A stretch of DNA of 64,000 bases from an uncultured Gemmatimonadota bacterium (GCA_951812955.1 OX638340.1:1696001-1760000); one strand, 5' to 3'. Positions 10,101 to 19,400 are shown, numbered from the stretch's first letter. A program made the numbers and translations. Notes: generated by a model not told the origin, from the sequence alone.

Positions 10101-10315
10101 AGTAAGAATCCCTCAGTTAAACACTACGGGGCTATGGTGGAGTCTGGACCAATGCAGAACCAGTGGACAAACAGATCGAGAAAGAACCCGGGTTCTTGAC
10201 TGGTTTAAGGTAAATGGGGGTTAAAGGGGGTCAAGCCATATCAGTCGTGCTTCGTGGGATGTCGAGATCATGATTCCACGCTATATCATTCAGGTTATTA
10301 CGATTTCATTCGGCA

Positions 10316-10350
10316 TTAACGTTTGACGTTAATAACACGTAACGTTATTA
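10316..10350. promoter_or_regulatory. Two adjacent inverted repeats (TTAACGT-N3-ACGTTAA and TAATAAC-N7-GTTATTA) in the AT-rich leader of the XRE-kinase operon; putative operator
   Basis: Read directly from the sequence ~75 bp upstream of the XRE gene start. Type II TA and XRE operons are commonly autoregulated through such palindromes. Confidence 0.4.
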
Positions 10351-10426
10351 TTGTATTAGCATGATGATATCGTTCAAAGACCATTTTCGTACAGTCGAAC
10401 TTGTCGATTACCATTAGGAGTCAGAT

Positions 10427-10732
10427 ATGCCTTCCGACTTGATGCACCCAATTCATCCCGGTGAGATCCTCAAGGAAGAGTTTCTGGAACCATTAGGCCT
10501 GAGTCAGTATCGTGTCGCTGTGGACATTTCAGTTCCACCGCGCCGTATAAACGAAATCGTTCACGGCAAACGCTCTATATCCGCTGACACGGCATTACGG
10601 CTGGCACGCTATTTCGGAACTACGGATCGTTTCTGGCTGAACCTACAGACACACTACGACCTGGAGAAGGAAAGAGATCGCTTAGGAAATCGATTGGAGA
10701 CCGAGGTACTTGTACTGGAGCGATCGAACTGA
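10427..10732 (+). CDS. HigA-family XRE helix-turn-helix antitoxin-like regulator (orphan: no HigB upstream)
   Basis: 101 aa. MHPIHPGEILKEEFLEPLGLSQ ... ISADTALRLARYFGTTDRFWLNLQ is the canonical HigA/VapI HTH signature. Confidence 0.85.
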   Translation: MPSDLMHPIHPGEILKEEFLEPLGLSQYRVAVDISVPPRRINEIVHGKRSISADTALRLARYFGTTDRFWLNLQTHYDLEKERDRLGNRLETEVLVLERSN

Positions 10733-10746
10733 AGCCGCAAAAGTTT

Positions 10747-11751
10747 ATGTCTCAACACCCGGCATCTCTTACCAAACTACTGCACAAAGCCAGTATTAAG
10801 CGCGGGGGCATTCGATGCGTAGAACCGATCGGCGATGGCGTAACCAACCGGACCCTATTGGTTACTCTGAAGGACGGCAAGCGCTACGTCCTACGCGAAT
10901 ACGATTGGCCTTACCCTTCAAGTGATAATCTCCAAAGACTCGATAAAGAGGTTTATCTACACAATCTGCTTCTAAAATACGATGTACCGGTTCCGTCCAT
11001 CGTTGCCAGTCACGACGATGGAAGTAACTGTGCCGTGCTGATGGAGTATATGCCAGGATTGCTTCTTGGAAATGTTGTAGATACCCTGACTGAAGTACAA
11101 CGGGCTCAAGCCTGGCGGGCTGCCGGAACAGCTTTACGGAATGTTCATTCGATCCGGCTGCTTGATGGCTGTTCGGGCGTGATCGTCGGTGAGCGCGTCC
11201 AGCCTTTTGAAGAAGGATCCTGGGGAGACTTTCATTTCCATCAGGCTATACAGCATGCGAATCACCTACTGAAGCGGGATGTGGGATTGCATTTCGACCT
11301 GCCGTCGATGAAGAACGTATTGAAACAGGCGGTTCCCCTGCTGAACGAATCTCCGGTGGTCCTGCTGCACAACGACCCCCATCCCTGGAATGTGCTTGTT
11401 AACGAGGTAGCCGGCCATTGGACCTGTTCAGCATGGCTTGACTGGGAATACGCCTGGTCAGGAGACCCGGTCTGGGACCTTGTTCGGACCGATCTGTTCC
11501 GGTTGAAACGGATCGGTCCCACGCCGGACGCCTTCTACGAGGGATATGGCGCTTTCCCTCGAGAACCGAATCGAAGTATCTACGAACTTTCCATTAACCT
11601 TTGGATGGCCGACCAGTACCTGGATGGAGAAATAGACGAGGAACGGGTACTCATGCCCACCTACGAGGCGGCGATGCAGTACCTGGGCCGGATCGACGAA
11701 GCGGTGGTAAGGATCGGAAACGAGCTTGAAAGGGCTGACCGGCTGCCTTGA
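10747..11751 (+). CDS. APH/choline-kinase-fold phosphotransferase (protein-kinase-like superfamily)
   Basis: Brenner motif LLHNDPHPWNVLV and the D-x-E metal loop WLDWEYAWSGDPVWDL (Pfam APH-like). Starts 15 nt after the XRE gene stop. Confidence 0.8.
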   Translation: MSQHPASLTKLLHKASIKRGGIRCVEPIGDGVTNRTLLVTLKDGKRYVLREYDWPYPSSDNLQRLDKEVYLHNLLLKYDVPVPSIVASHDDGSNCAVLMEYMPGLLLGNVVDTLTEVQRAQAWRAAGTALRNVHSIRLLDGCSGVIVGERVQPFEEGSWGDFHFHQAIQHANHLLKRDVGLHFDLPSMKNVLKQAVPLLNESPVVLLHNDPHPWNVLVNEVAGHWTCSAWLDWEYAWSGDPVWDLVRTDLFRLKRIGPTPDAFYEGYGAFPREPNRSIYELSINLWMADQYLDGEIDEERVLMPTYEAAMQYLGRIDEAVVRIGNELERADRLP

Positions 11752-11795
11752 AACGGGTGAGGAGTTGGTAGTCTTACTGTAAAAGGAATGTGATC

Positions 11796-12227
11796 ATGGA
11801 TTCGGTTTTCACAAGGATTATCCGAGGGGAGTTGCCCGCTTACTTCGTATGGCGTGATGACCAAGTGGTCGCGTTCCTTTCCAAGTCGCCCTACAGTACT
11901 GGGCATACGCTGGTTGTCCCGCGATTGGAGGTCGATCACTGGATTGATCTTGAACCGGCGCTGCTGCGACGGATCATGACGGTCTCGCAGGAGGTGGGAA
12001 AGGCTATTCAGCAGGCGTTCAACCCGGCCAAAGTGGGCATGCTGATCGGGGGATTGGAAGTCCGCCACGTACATGTGCATCTGTCACCGGTGAATTCCGT
12101 CCACGACTTTGACTATGATCGCCAGCAATTGAGCCCGGTTCCAGAGTCACTCGAGCAGGCCGCTAGAAAGATCCGTGCCGCGCTAGTGGAACTGGGACAT
12201 GCTTCGGTTGTACCAGGAGATGATTGA
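11796..12227 (+). CDS. HIT (histidine triad) family nucleotide hydrolase/transferase
   Basis: Histidine triad HVHVHL, an N-terminal FxxII-G-E motif, and an AAAGGAA RBS 7 nt upstream of the ATG. Confidence 0.85.
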   Translation: MDSVFTRIIRGELPAYFVWRDDQVVAFLSKSPYSTGHTLVVPRLEVDHWIDLEPALLRRIMTVSQEVGKAIQQAFNPAKVGMLIGGLEVRHVHVHLSPVNSVHDFDYDRQQLSPVPESLEQAARKIRAALVELGHASVVPGDD

Positions 12228-12440
12228 TCAGCCCCGATCAGGTTTCCACTCTTCCCTCTCCGCTCCCTAGCCCCGATCCGTGCCGCATTGGCCTATGAGA
12301 CTATCTGAACGGTTTTCCCTCTCGTATTCCTTGACATATACTAAACAAATGATTAGTTTATCTGTAGAATGAGTTCCAGTATGGCGTTCCCATATCTCGT
12401 CCCGCCGACGTCCTGGGCAACCACTACGAGAGGAGATTAA

Positions 12441-13367
12441 ATGTACACCGCGTACACGGGGAGCAGCCACTACTGCTATAGCAACAGTCTTCACATGTGC
12501 CTGAAGCAGGCAGGTATGGTCGATCTCCCGGAGCCCGGCCTGTTGGAATGCATGACAGGCATGCCGTTCGGTACCCTTTTCCTGAAGTTTGAAACGCCTC
12601 TGTTCTTCCCAAGTCACGCCGACCTAAACCCACACAGTGGGCTGTCCCGTGCCCTAAGCATCCTGGGCTGGAACTGTACCTTGTGGCAGGGTGACAATGC
12701 TGAATCTGCCCTCGATGCATTGAAGGAAAACCTGAAGAAGGGTCCCGTGCTGCTTGGTCCCCTGGACCTGGGCTACCTTCCCTATGATCCGAATCACAAG
12801 ATGAAGCGCGGGGGAGACCATTTCATTGTAGTCCTGAAACTCGAAGGCGACCGGGTGCAAGTGCATGACCCGCAGTTCTATCCTTTCGCCGTACTGCCGG
12901 TAGATGACCTCATGCGCGCGTGGAATGCCACTAATCTCGGCTACGCGACTTGCGCATATACCCTGCGCGGCGATTTTCGGGAAGAGCGTCGGGTGTCGAC
13001 CGATGACATGCTGAAGGATATCCTGGAATACGCACGGGAGCTGATACATGCGGCCCCCTCCGGTCCGGTCTTTTTTGGCGGTTCGAAGGCCTTCCGCCTG
13101 GCTGCAGAAGTGATCCGGGGTAAACCGCCGCAAGGTTTCGCTGGCATGCTGGTCCATTTCGTCCTTCCGATAGGCGCCCGACGCACCCTGGATGCGGCTG
13201 ATTTCATGAAGTCGGCGGGCCAGACGGAAGCCGCGGAGTGGATGGTAAAGAAAGCCGAGTCATACGGCCTGGCGCAATATCATGCCACGCAGGAGGACTG
13301 GAAACGCACGGAAGCGCTTTTCGAAGAGTTGGCGGAGATTGAAGACAGCATCGCGGAGTGTGTCTGA
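12441..13367 (+). CDS. BtrH_N / peptidase-C39-like (papain-fold) domain protein; domain assignment tentative
   Basis: N-terminal SSHYCYSNSLHMCL resembles the Cys-containing start of BtrH_N/C39-like domains. Good GAGAGGAG RBS. The rest is unrecognised. Confidence 0.55.
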   Translation: MYTAYTGSSHYCYSNSLHMCLKQAGMVDLPEPGLLECMTGMPFGTLFLKFETPLFFPSHADLNPHSGLSRALSILGWNCTLWQGDNAESALDALKENLKKGPVLLGPLDLGYLPYDPNHKMKRGGDHFIVVLKLEGDRVQVHDPQFYPFAVLPVDDLMRAWNATNLGYATCAYTLRGDFREERRVSTDDMLKDILEYARELIHAAPSGPVFFGGSKAFRLAAEVIRGKPPQGFAGMLVHFVLPIGARRTLDAADFMKSAGQTEAAEWMVKKAESYGLAQYHATQEDWKRTEALFEELAEIEDSIAECV

Positions 13368-13433
13368 TTGAATAGCCTGGCACGACCACCAGGTATTTTA
13401 TATTTGCTCTTCATCCTTAACTAGGGTCAGTAC

Positions 13434-13853
13434 ATGAAGATCAACCATCTCTCCATTACAGCCAGAAATCCGGAACAGGTCGCCATGATCCTGGCGGAGC
13501 TTACGGGCGGGACCGCAAGCCCCTTCCCTTCCAAGACCATGGAAGGTGCGTGGTTGTGTGTATGGGACAAGCAGGCAGGCGAATTGATCGAGGTGATACC
13601 GGACCGTTACTTGCTCCAACCGGGCAAATACGCCGCAGAATACCGGTTGCTCGAAGTCGGTCAGAACTTCAACTCAACACATTTTATGCTTGAAACAGAG
13701 CAAAGCCTCGACCACTTGAAAGCAGTGGCAGATAAACATGAACTCTACCACCGATTTCGGCCGAGGCTAGGCGGACCTCTCTATGAAATTTGGATCGAAT
13801 CCCAGATCCTGGTTGAATTCGTGTCCGACGAGATCAGGAACCTCGAGTCCTGA
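13434..13853 (+). CDS. VOC (glyoxalase/bleomycin-resistance/dioxygenase) superfamily protein
   Basis: N-terminal MKINHLSITARN... beta-alpha-beta-beta-beta module pattern typical of VOC proteins. 139 aa. Confidence 0.55.
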   Translation: MKINHLSITARNPEQVAMILAELTGGTASPFPSKTMEGAWLCVWDKQAGELIEVIPDRYLLQPGKYAAEYRLLEVGQNFNSTHFMLETEQSLDHLKAVADKHELYHRFRPRLGGPLYEIWIESQILVEFVSDEIRNLES

Positions 13854-13886
13854 ATTCAAGGTCGAATCAAGGTCGAACTCGGCTGA

Positions 13887-14462
13887 TCATTCCTCGATCA
13901 TACCCAGGATCTCTACCAGGTGATCGGTTGACGGCCGGTCAAAGGGATCGGAACCCACATACTTGAACCGAAGGACGCCTTCCTTGTCGATGATGAAGGC
14001 GGTGGGAATGACTTCCTCTCCTTTGTCGGTAGCTTTTTGAATCTTGAACTTCGTGGGTATGGCCCGGTCCGGGTCGGCAAGTACGGGGAAGGAAAGCGCT
14101 TCCCGGGTGACTTTCGACTTGGCGACGAAGTCTCTGGTCTGATCGAGATCTTCGGGATTGATGAAGAGTAGTTCCGTGCCCGTTTCAGCTATGCGTTCGT
14201 AGTCGGATTGCAACTGCCCCAGTTGCCGTAAGCAAAGGGGTCACCAGTAGCCGATCCAGCCACGGTCGACAACCACCAGGAGGTTCTTGCTGCCCCTGTA
14301 ATCGGCGAAGTTGACCGTCTCACCGTTGACGTCCTGCAGGCTGTACTCCGGCGCGGGCTGGCCTACCCTCGGAGCCAGATTTCTGGGTTGAGCGTCGGCG
14401 GTTTCCGCCACCAGGCCGACCAGCGCCAGGGCGAAGCACCACCGCGCTAATGCACGTACCAT
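13887..14462 (-). CDS. Secreted thioredoxin-fold redoxin (AhpC/TSA-TlpA-like) with an in-frame TGA at the first position of the CxxC motif: probable selenoprotein (W-U-P-L-C)
   Basis: The ORF track gives two same-frame ORFs (14241..14627 and 13887..14213) separated only by a TGA at 14243-14241. The join reads ...LLVVVDRGWIGYW-TGA-PLCLRQLGQLQ..., a redoxin active site with the first Cys replaced by TGA. ATG at 14462 follows a GAGGAGG RBS and opens a signal peptide (MVRALARWCFALALVGLVAETADA). Confidence 0.7.
14210..14226 (-). other. Putative bacterial SECIS-like hairpin (GCAACUG-GGG-CAGUUGC), 15-31 nt downstream of the in-frame UGA
   Basis: Perfect 7-bp stem with a G-rich apical loop, read directly. 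The position matches where bacterial SECIS elements sit relative to a Sec UGA. Confidence 0.45.
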
Positions 14463-14613
14463 AGTCTTCCTCCTCGATTGGATGTCATCCTTCTCGTTTC
14501 TATAGCAATTCGCTTGCGTTTTGTTCCCTTTAATATAACCTACCCCGGTACGCCTGTGAACTTCATTTTTAATGATACGCTGCATTGTGAAGGATAGGGA
14601 GGAGCCGTTTTCC

Positions 14614-15405
14614 ATGACACCGGGCATAACCCAACTCTGTCTCGGCCGCCAGGATCTTGAAGAGGATCTTTCCAGGACCCGTAACCTGGGCTATGAGGCC
14701 ATCGAACTGGTGTTTTCCGATGAGGGATCGCCGAACATAGACGCTTCGACATCGGAAATCGCCGCGGTCGCCGAAGCCTGCCGTAGACACGGACTCGATC
14801 TGTGTTCCATGATCGCCATCAGGAAAGATGCCGGTTCCCTGTTATCGCCGTCCGCGGCCGAACGGGCGAAGCGGGTCGCCATCCTCGAGCGGGGCTTTGA
14901 AATTGCCGAGATCCTTGGTGTGGACGCCCTGCTCCTGCATCCCGGGGCACTCGATCCGAAGAGTTCCTACAGCACGACCTGGGACAACTTCCGCGACGCC
15001 CTCCGCGATCTCGCCCCCTCAGCGGAGCGCCACGGTACCCGTATCGGCATCGAGAACGTGTGGAACCAGTTCTTGCTGAGTCCCCGGGAAGCCCGTCAAC
15101 TCGTCGACGAGGTCGGGTCGTCCGCCGTTGGGATCTACCTGGACACAGCCAACATGATCCTCTACGGATATCCGGACATGTGGATCCGGGAACTCGGAAG
15201 CCGGATATTCAAGGTGCACGTGAAGGATTTCCGCCGCGGGGAAGGCGCCTGGGTCCAGCTGATGGACGGCGACACGGACTGGCCGGCGGTCATGGCCGAA
15301 TTGCGCGGCATCGGATTCGACGGCGCCCTGGTGAGCGAAGTCGGCGGCGACGATGTCGCCATGCGGGAAACCGCCGAGCGCATCAGGCGGATCATCGCCC
15401 TGTAG
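14614..15405 (+). CDS. Sugar phosphate isomerase/epimerase (xylose isomerase-like TIM barrel, AP endonuclease 2 family)
   Basis: The GYEAIEL, IGIENVWN and HVKD motifs are typical of this TIM-barrel family. GGGAGGAG RBS before the ATG at 14614. Confidence 0.85.
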   Translation: MTPGITQLCLGRQDLEEDLSRTRNLGYEAIELVFSDEGSPNIDASTSEIAAVAEACRRHGLDLCSMIAIRKDAGSLLSPSAAERAKRVAILERGFEIAEILGVDALLLHPGALDPKSSYSTTWDNFRDALRDLAPSAERHGTRIGIENVWNQFLLSPREARQLVDEVGSSAVGIYLDTANMILYGYPDMWIRELGSRIFKVHVKDFRRGEGAWVQLMDGDTDWPAVMAELRGIGFDGALVSEVGGDDVAMRETAERIRRIIAL

Positions 15406-15517
15406 AACATGCGCTCCCCGGACCTCGACCGCGACTTTCTCACCGTCCAGACCAGCTGGCTTCTCACCACGCTTCCGACGGCAGACAGCCATCAGGGGGC
15501 CGAGTAAGGAACCGACG

Positions 15518-16495
15518 TCACCGTCTCGCCCAGACGGCTTCCGCGTACTTGATTACACCGTTTACGTAGGAGTCAATAGGGTTGTAACTGAAGATGGCCT
15601 TTCGTCGCGCGGCGTCGGCTGCACCGTATTTACCTCGTTCATTGAGGTATTTCGCGACGCTCATGATGGCGTCCGGCCACGAATGGAGATTGATCGTGCC
15701 GTCTCCATCACCGTCGGCCGCATGAGGCATGCTGGCCGGCATGAACTGCGGGTATCCGATGGCGCCGGCCCATGACCCGTGGAGGGACAGCGGGTCGACA
15801 CCCGTCGCCTTGCTGTGGCGGAGAAGCGCCACCAGGTTGCCTACGCACCTTCTACGTATCTTGGCAAAGCGTTCTTCCTGCTTCTTTGCTACCTCGGCGG
15901 AGGCCAGCGGATCGGCTTCGCCTCGCGCCGTAATCCGGCGGACCGCTGCCTGCTGCGCTTCTTCCATGTACAGCAACTGGGCGATCAGGACGTTGAACAC
16001 GCGGTAGTTGCCCGTGAACTCTCCCAGGCCCGATTCCCACATCAGAATAGACACGATATCCTTCCGGGCAACGCCGTACTTCTGTTCCGCCGCGTCCAGC
16101 AGGTCCTTCTTTTCTTCGAGAAAATCAACACCGCGCTTCACCCGCTTTTCAGTCAGGAACACGCGAGAGAAATCCTCGTGGGCCTTGTTCTGAATCGCGA
16201 CACTGCGGGGCGTGGCTACCTTGATCAACTGCGACGCGTAGACTTCACGGCTTTCGGGGCGGTCGAACAAGGCCAGGAATTCCGCCTCGGATACCGGCTG
16301 GCCGCCGCCCTGGGTGGACGCCAGGCGCTTGACGAGGTCCGGCAGGTAGGACGCTGCAGGATGGTTGCGCGGCAGGTCGACAATTGCCGATTTCTGAATC
16401 TCCCAAGACTGGGGTGGCTCCATGGCCGCGACGGCGTCCGGCCGATCAAGGAACGACGATACCAGGACAGCTAAGGCAACAGACCAGGTTTTCAT
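15518..16495 (-). CDS. Lytic murein transglycosylase (MltB-like, SLT_2 domain)
   Basis: Signal peptide MKTWSVALAVLVSS. The ...GAIGYPQFMPAS... motif corresponds to the MltB family GxxQFMP active-site region. Confidence 0.8.
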   Translation of the reverse strand: MKTWSVALAVLVSSFLDRPDAVAAMEPPQSWEIQKSAIVDLPRNHPAASYLPDLVKRLASTQGGGQPVSEAEFLALFDRPESREVYASQLIKVATPRSVAIQNKAHEDFSRVFLTEKRVKRGVDFLEEKKDLLDAAEQKYGVARKDIVSILMWESGLGEFTGNYRVFNVLIAQLLYMEEAQQAAVRRITARGEADPLASAEVAKKQEERFAKIRRRCVGNLVALLRHSKATGVDPLSLHGSWAGAIGYPQFMPASMPHAADGDGDGTINLHSWPDAIMSVAKYLNERGKYGAADAARRKAIFSYNPIDSYVNGVIKYAEAVWARR

Positions 16496-16688
16496 TCTGA
16501 AGGGCCTTTCATTATTCGGGTTCCCGTGGCGTTAAGTCCATCTCAGAAATTACTCATTCTATTTACCGGGTTCGGACCGGATCTGTCAAGGTCATTGTAC
16601 CGCCTCGTAGGATTTACCTTATACTTCATATTTTCAATTATTTAGAGCCATAACTACTGTGCTCCGGCATTTGCTTTTCTTTATATGT

Positions 16689-18518
16689 TTAACACAGTTT
16701 TTTCAACTCGTGCTTTTTCGTGAAATAGACTCCATCCCTGTCCATCGGGCCGGTATTCTGGAAGGCGGCCGGTTCTTGGTGAACCGTGGTCACTACGCCG
16801 GCATCGGGATCGAAACGGTAGAAGCAGCCGGTTGTGAATCCGTAAACGCCGCCATCCGGTCCGACCTGAACTCCGCCGTCGAGAGCCCGCCCGCCGGGCA
16901 GCGTAACGAGATGGGCAAACCTGCGGCCGGCCGGATCGAAAACGAATATGAGTGATTCCGTTCCTGAATGGACCGTCCCGCACAGCAGGTCGCCATCAAT
17001 GACCGCCAGTGCGTTAACCGACGTAACCGCAACTGGAAGCCGGCCTTCCCACACCTTTTCCTCCGCCGCGCAGTCCCATAGGAACAACGATGCCTGGTCT
17101 ACCCGGGGCTGCGTTCCCGAACCACCCTGAATCGTCGTCCCGACGGCCAGGAGACCATAGGATTCCAGCCATGCCAGCGCCCAGCAACTGGCTTCCCCGG
17201 CAATATCCCGATAGGATCCGAATTCCTCGGTGGCCGGATCGTACCAGGACAGCGGCCCGCCCCACATGCCGTAGTCCGGTACGGAGGCCGTCCACACACG
17301 GCCCAGGGGACCGGCGACCATGGAGCGTGGACGATAGGAGATCTCGTCCATTCGGCCGAGTTCACGGGGGTTGCTGTCGGCTTCATTGCCGAAGTCATAG
17401 GGCCGGGATGGATCGTAAACGGACAGATTGGCGCCGGGATAGGAGCAGATGTAGAGCTTTCCGTCCATGTTGGCCATGGAATAGGCTTCGCCGGCCGCGG
17501 TAGTGCACATGCCCAGGTCGTCCATGGCCTGCGAAGAAGGATCGAAACGAAACAGGTGCAAGGGCAGAATGCTCGAGCCGTAGATTTTGTCGTCGGGGCC
17601 GCGATGCACCAGGAAGATCTCGCTGCCCGCGGACTCGTAGGTAACAGGAATCGTACGCGTCGTACCTGAATCCGGATGGGTAATGGCCAATTCGTGAAAC
17701 ATCTGCGTCGCCCGGTCCGCGAAGTCAGCCGTGGAACCGTCGGACAGGGCCGGGGGCGGCGCCGGGGCGGGAAGGTCATCCACAGGCTCTGCTTCGAAAC
17801 CGTCCAGTTTGAAATCTCCCCCGGTCGACCGGATGTAGAGTTGACCGTCGGCAGCCCGGTACAGCGTTAGAGACCCGCCATCCTCCGTGACCACTACGGG
17901 TCCCACGGTCCTGCGCACGCCCGACTCCGGATGGTAGACTACCACGTGCGGGCGGGTCACCCTGATGTAGCATGCGATCGTGCCGCCGGCGCCGACGTAG
18001 GGATAACAGTACATGTCGGTCTCGTCCATCCGTCCGTGCCGGACGAACTCACCGGTCGCCGGATCGTAGCTCGTCAGGCCGGCCGATCCGTAGCAACCGA
18101 TCCAGATTACGCCGTTGTCGTCCTCGTCCATGTTGCAGGGGAAGGTGTCGTCTGGCAGATTAATGGCTCCGAGGTCATCCAGTTGCTCAGATGCCGGATC
18201 GTACCTATACAGGTGCCCGGCATAGGCCGCGCCAATGTAGACGCGGCCGTCGCGGGTGCGGAGGGCGCCTGTGGGGAAATTGGCTGTGGGATCGGTCGAG
18301 GTCGCCTGGGACGTCGCGCCGGTGACGGGGTCGATTTTAACGACAGTGAATCCCGCCGCCTGCTGTCCCATAACGGCAACCAGGCAGTCCCGGCCTTCAC
18401 CGTCCATGGTGGGGAAGACGCGGACCCAGTTGACGCTGCGGACCGGAATACCAATGGTCTGGATCGATGTGATGGTATTATCCTTTCTGGTTTTCTTTGC
18501 GGTCACGGCGCGCTTCAT
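16689..18518 (-). CDS. Beta-propeller repeat protein (two-component-regulator-propeller / NHL-like repeats); start may be the internal ATG near 18407
   Basis: Recurrent ~45-aa repeats ending in Y(R/D)(Y/F)DPxxxxF (e.g. LYRYDPASEQL, TSYDPATGEF, SVYDPSRPYDF, LSWYDPATEEF). Confidence 0.6.
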   Translation of the reverse strand: MKRAVTAKKTRKDNTITSIQTIGIPVRSVNWVRVFPTMDGEGRDCLVAVMGQQAAGFTVVKIDPVTGATSQATSTDPTANFPTGALRTRDGRVYIGAAYAGHLYRYDPASEQLDDLGAINLPDDTFPCNMDEDDNGVIWIGCYGSAGLTSYDPATGEFVRHGRMDETDMYCYPYVGAGGTIACYIRVTRPHVVVYHPESGVRRTVGPVVVTEDGGSLTLYRAADGQLYIRSTGGDFKLDGFEAEPVDDLPAPAPPPALSDGSTADFADRATQMFHELAITHPDSGTTRTIPVTYESAGSEIFLVHRGPDDKIYGSSILPLHLFRFDPSSQAMDDLGMCTTAAGEAYSMANMDGKLYICSYPGANLSVYDPSRPYDFGNEADSNPRELGRMDEISYRPRSMVAGPLGRVWTASVPDYGMWGGPLSWYDPATEEFGSYRDIAGEASCWALAWLESYGLLAVGTTIQGGSGTQPRVDQASLFLWDCAAEEKVWEGRLPVAVTSVNALAVIDGDLLCGTVHSGTESLIFVFDPAGRRFAHLVTLPGGRALDGGVQVGPDGGVYGFTTGCFYRFDPDAGVVTTVHQEPAAFQNTGPMDRDGVYFTKKHELKKLC

Positions 18519-19380
18519 CCGCGAATATGGCCACCGTTTCTTCCAGGGTGCGGTTGCGGTCCACGGTCTCGGGCCGTTCGTGGCCGATGGGACTTTCGGC
18601 TATGAGGCGGAAAATGTGTTCCGCGCCTTCGTGAAAACCGGGCGATACCCCGGCCTGGTCGTAGGTAGCCGCGATCTCCTGCATTTCGCCGATCCAGCGA
18701 AAGGCCTTGGCCGATAGGCTACGGACACCATCCATCGCCTTGAGCCGATGTGACTGGCTTTCGGAGAATTCCGCCAGCAGTTCCTCACCCAGACCCATGA
18801 CCTCCGCCGCGGTCAGCGCGGCGGCATGGAGGGCGGATGTCCCCTTGGTGACCGAGGCGTAGCACATCTTTATACCCGACGCCCTGCCCACCTCACCGCC
18901 CAGCGTCCGGACGAGGATGCCGTGACCGTCGAGTCGGGAAAGGACTTTTTCGTGGGGACCCGAAGCATAGAAACGGGTCTTTTCGCGGCCGCCCGGGGGC
19001 CCACCGATGATGCCCGCGTCTATGAAGCGCCCTCCAGCGCCGGTGATGACCATGTCGATCTCTCTCACCGAATCCGGCGAGATGGCGTTGCAGTCGGCGT
19101 AGGCCGGCGTGGATCCGGTCCGCTTCAATACGTCCGCCACCTGAAGGGCAAGCGCGTGGGCCTGGTCAGGTACCAGGATGGCGAGGATCAGATCGGATTC
19201 CCGTACCAGTTCATCCAGGTCCGGCACGTCCCGGATACCCGCGGCCGCAGTCAGCGTACGGGTCCTTTCGCTCCGGCCCGCCAGACAGGTGGCCACGTCA
19301 AATCCGCCCGCAATGAGGCATCGCCCCACGGAATGGCCCATCTCCCCGGGGCTCAGTATGGCGATTCGGTGCGTTTTCAT
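18478..19380 (-). CDS. NAD(P)-dependent oxidoreductase, 6-phosphogluconate-dehydrogenase-like NAD-binding fold (DUF1932-type)
   Basis: N-terminal IAILSPGEMG Rossmann motif plus a C-terminal helical domain. Confidence 0.65.
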   Translation of the reverse strand: MKTHRIAILSPGEMGHSVGRCLIAGGFDVATCLAGRSERTRTLTAAAGIRDVPDLDELVRESDLILAILVPDQAHALALQVADVLKRTGSTPAYADCNAISPDSVREIDMVITGAGGRFIDAGIIGGPPGGREKTRFYASGPHEKVLSRLDGHGILVRTLGGEVGRASGIKMCYASVTKGTSALHAAALTAAEVMGLGEELLAEFSESQSHRLKAMDGVRSLSAKAFRWIGEMQEIAATYDQAGVSPGFHEGAEHIFRLIAESPIGHERPETVDRNRTLEETVAIFADEARRDRKENQKG

Positions 19381-19400
19381 CCTCGTCTCCCTGCCGGGTG

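Noticed and set aside
10130-10426. A HigB toxin gene upstream of the HigA-like gene
   Set aside because: All three forward frames were translated. Only short ORFs (<=25 aa) without a RelE/HigB-like sequence are present, so the antitoxin-like gene is treated as orphan.
12331-12370. Sigma70 promoter (TTGACA ... TAGAAT) upstream of the BtrH_N-like gene
   Set aside because: The -35 to -10 spacing is 28 bp for TAGAAT. The alternative -10 (TAGTTT at 17-bp spacing) is a poor match; not reported as a feature.
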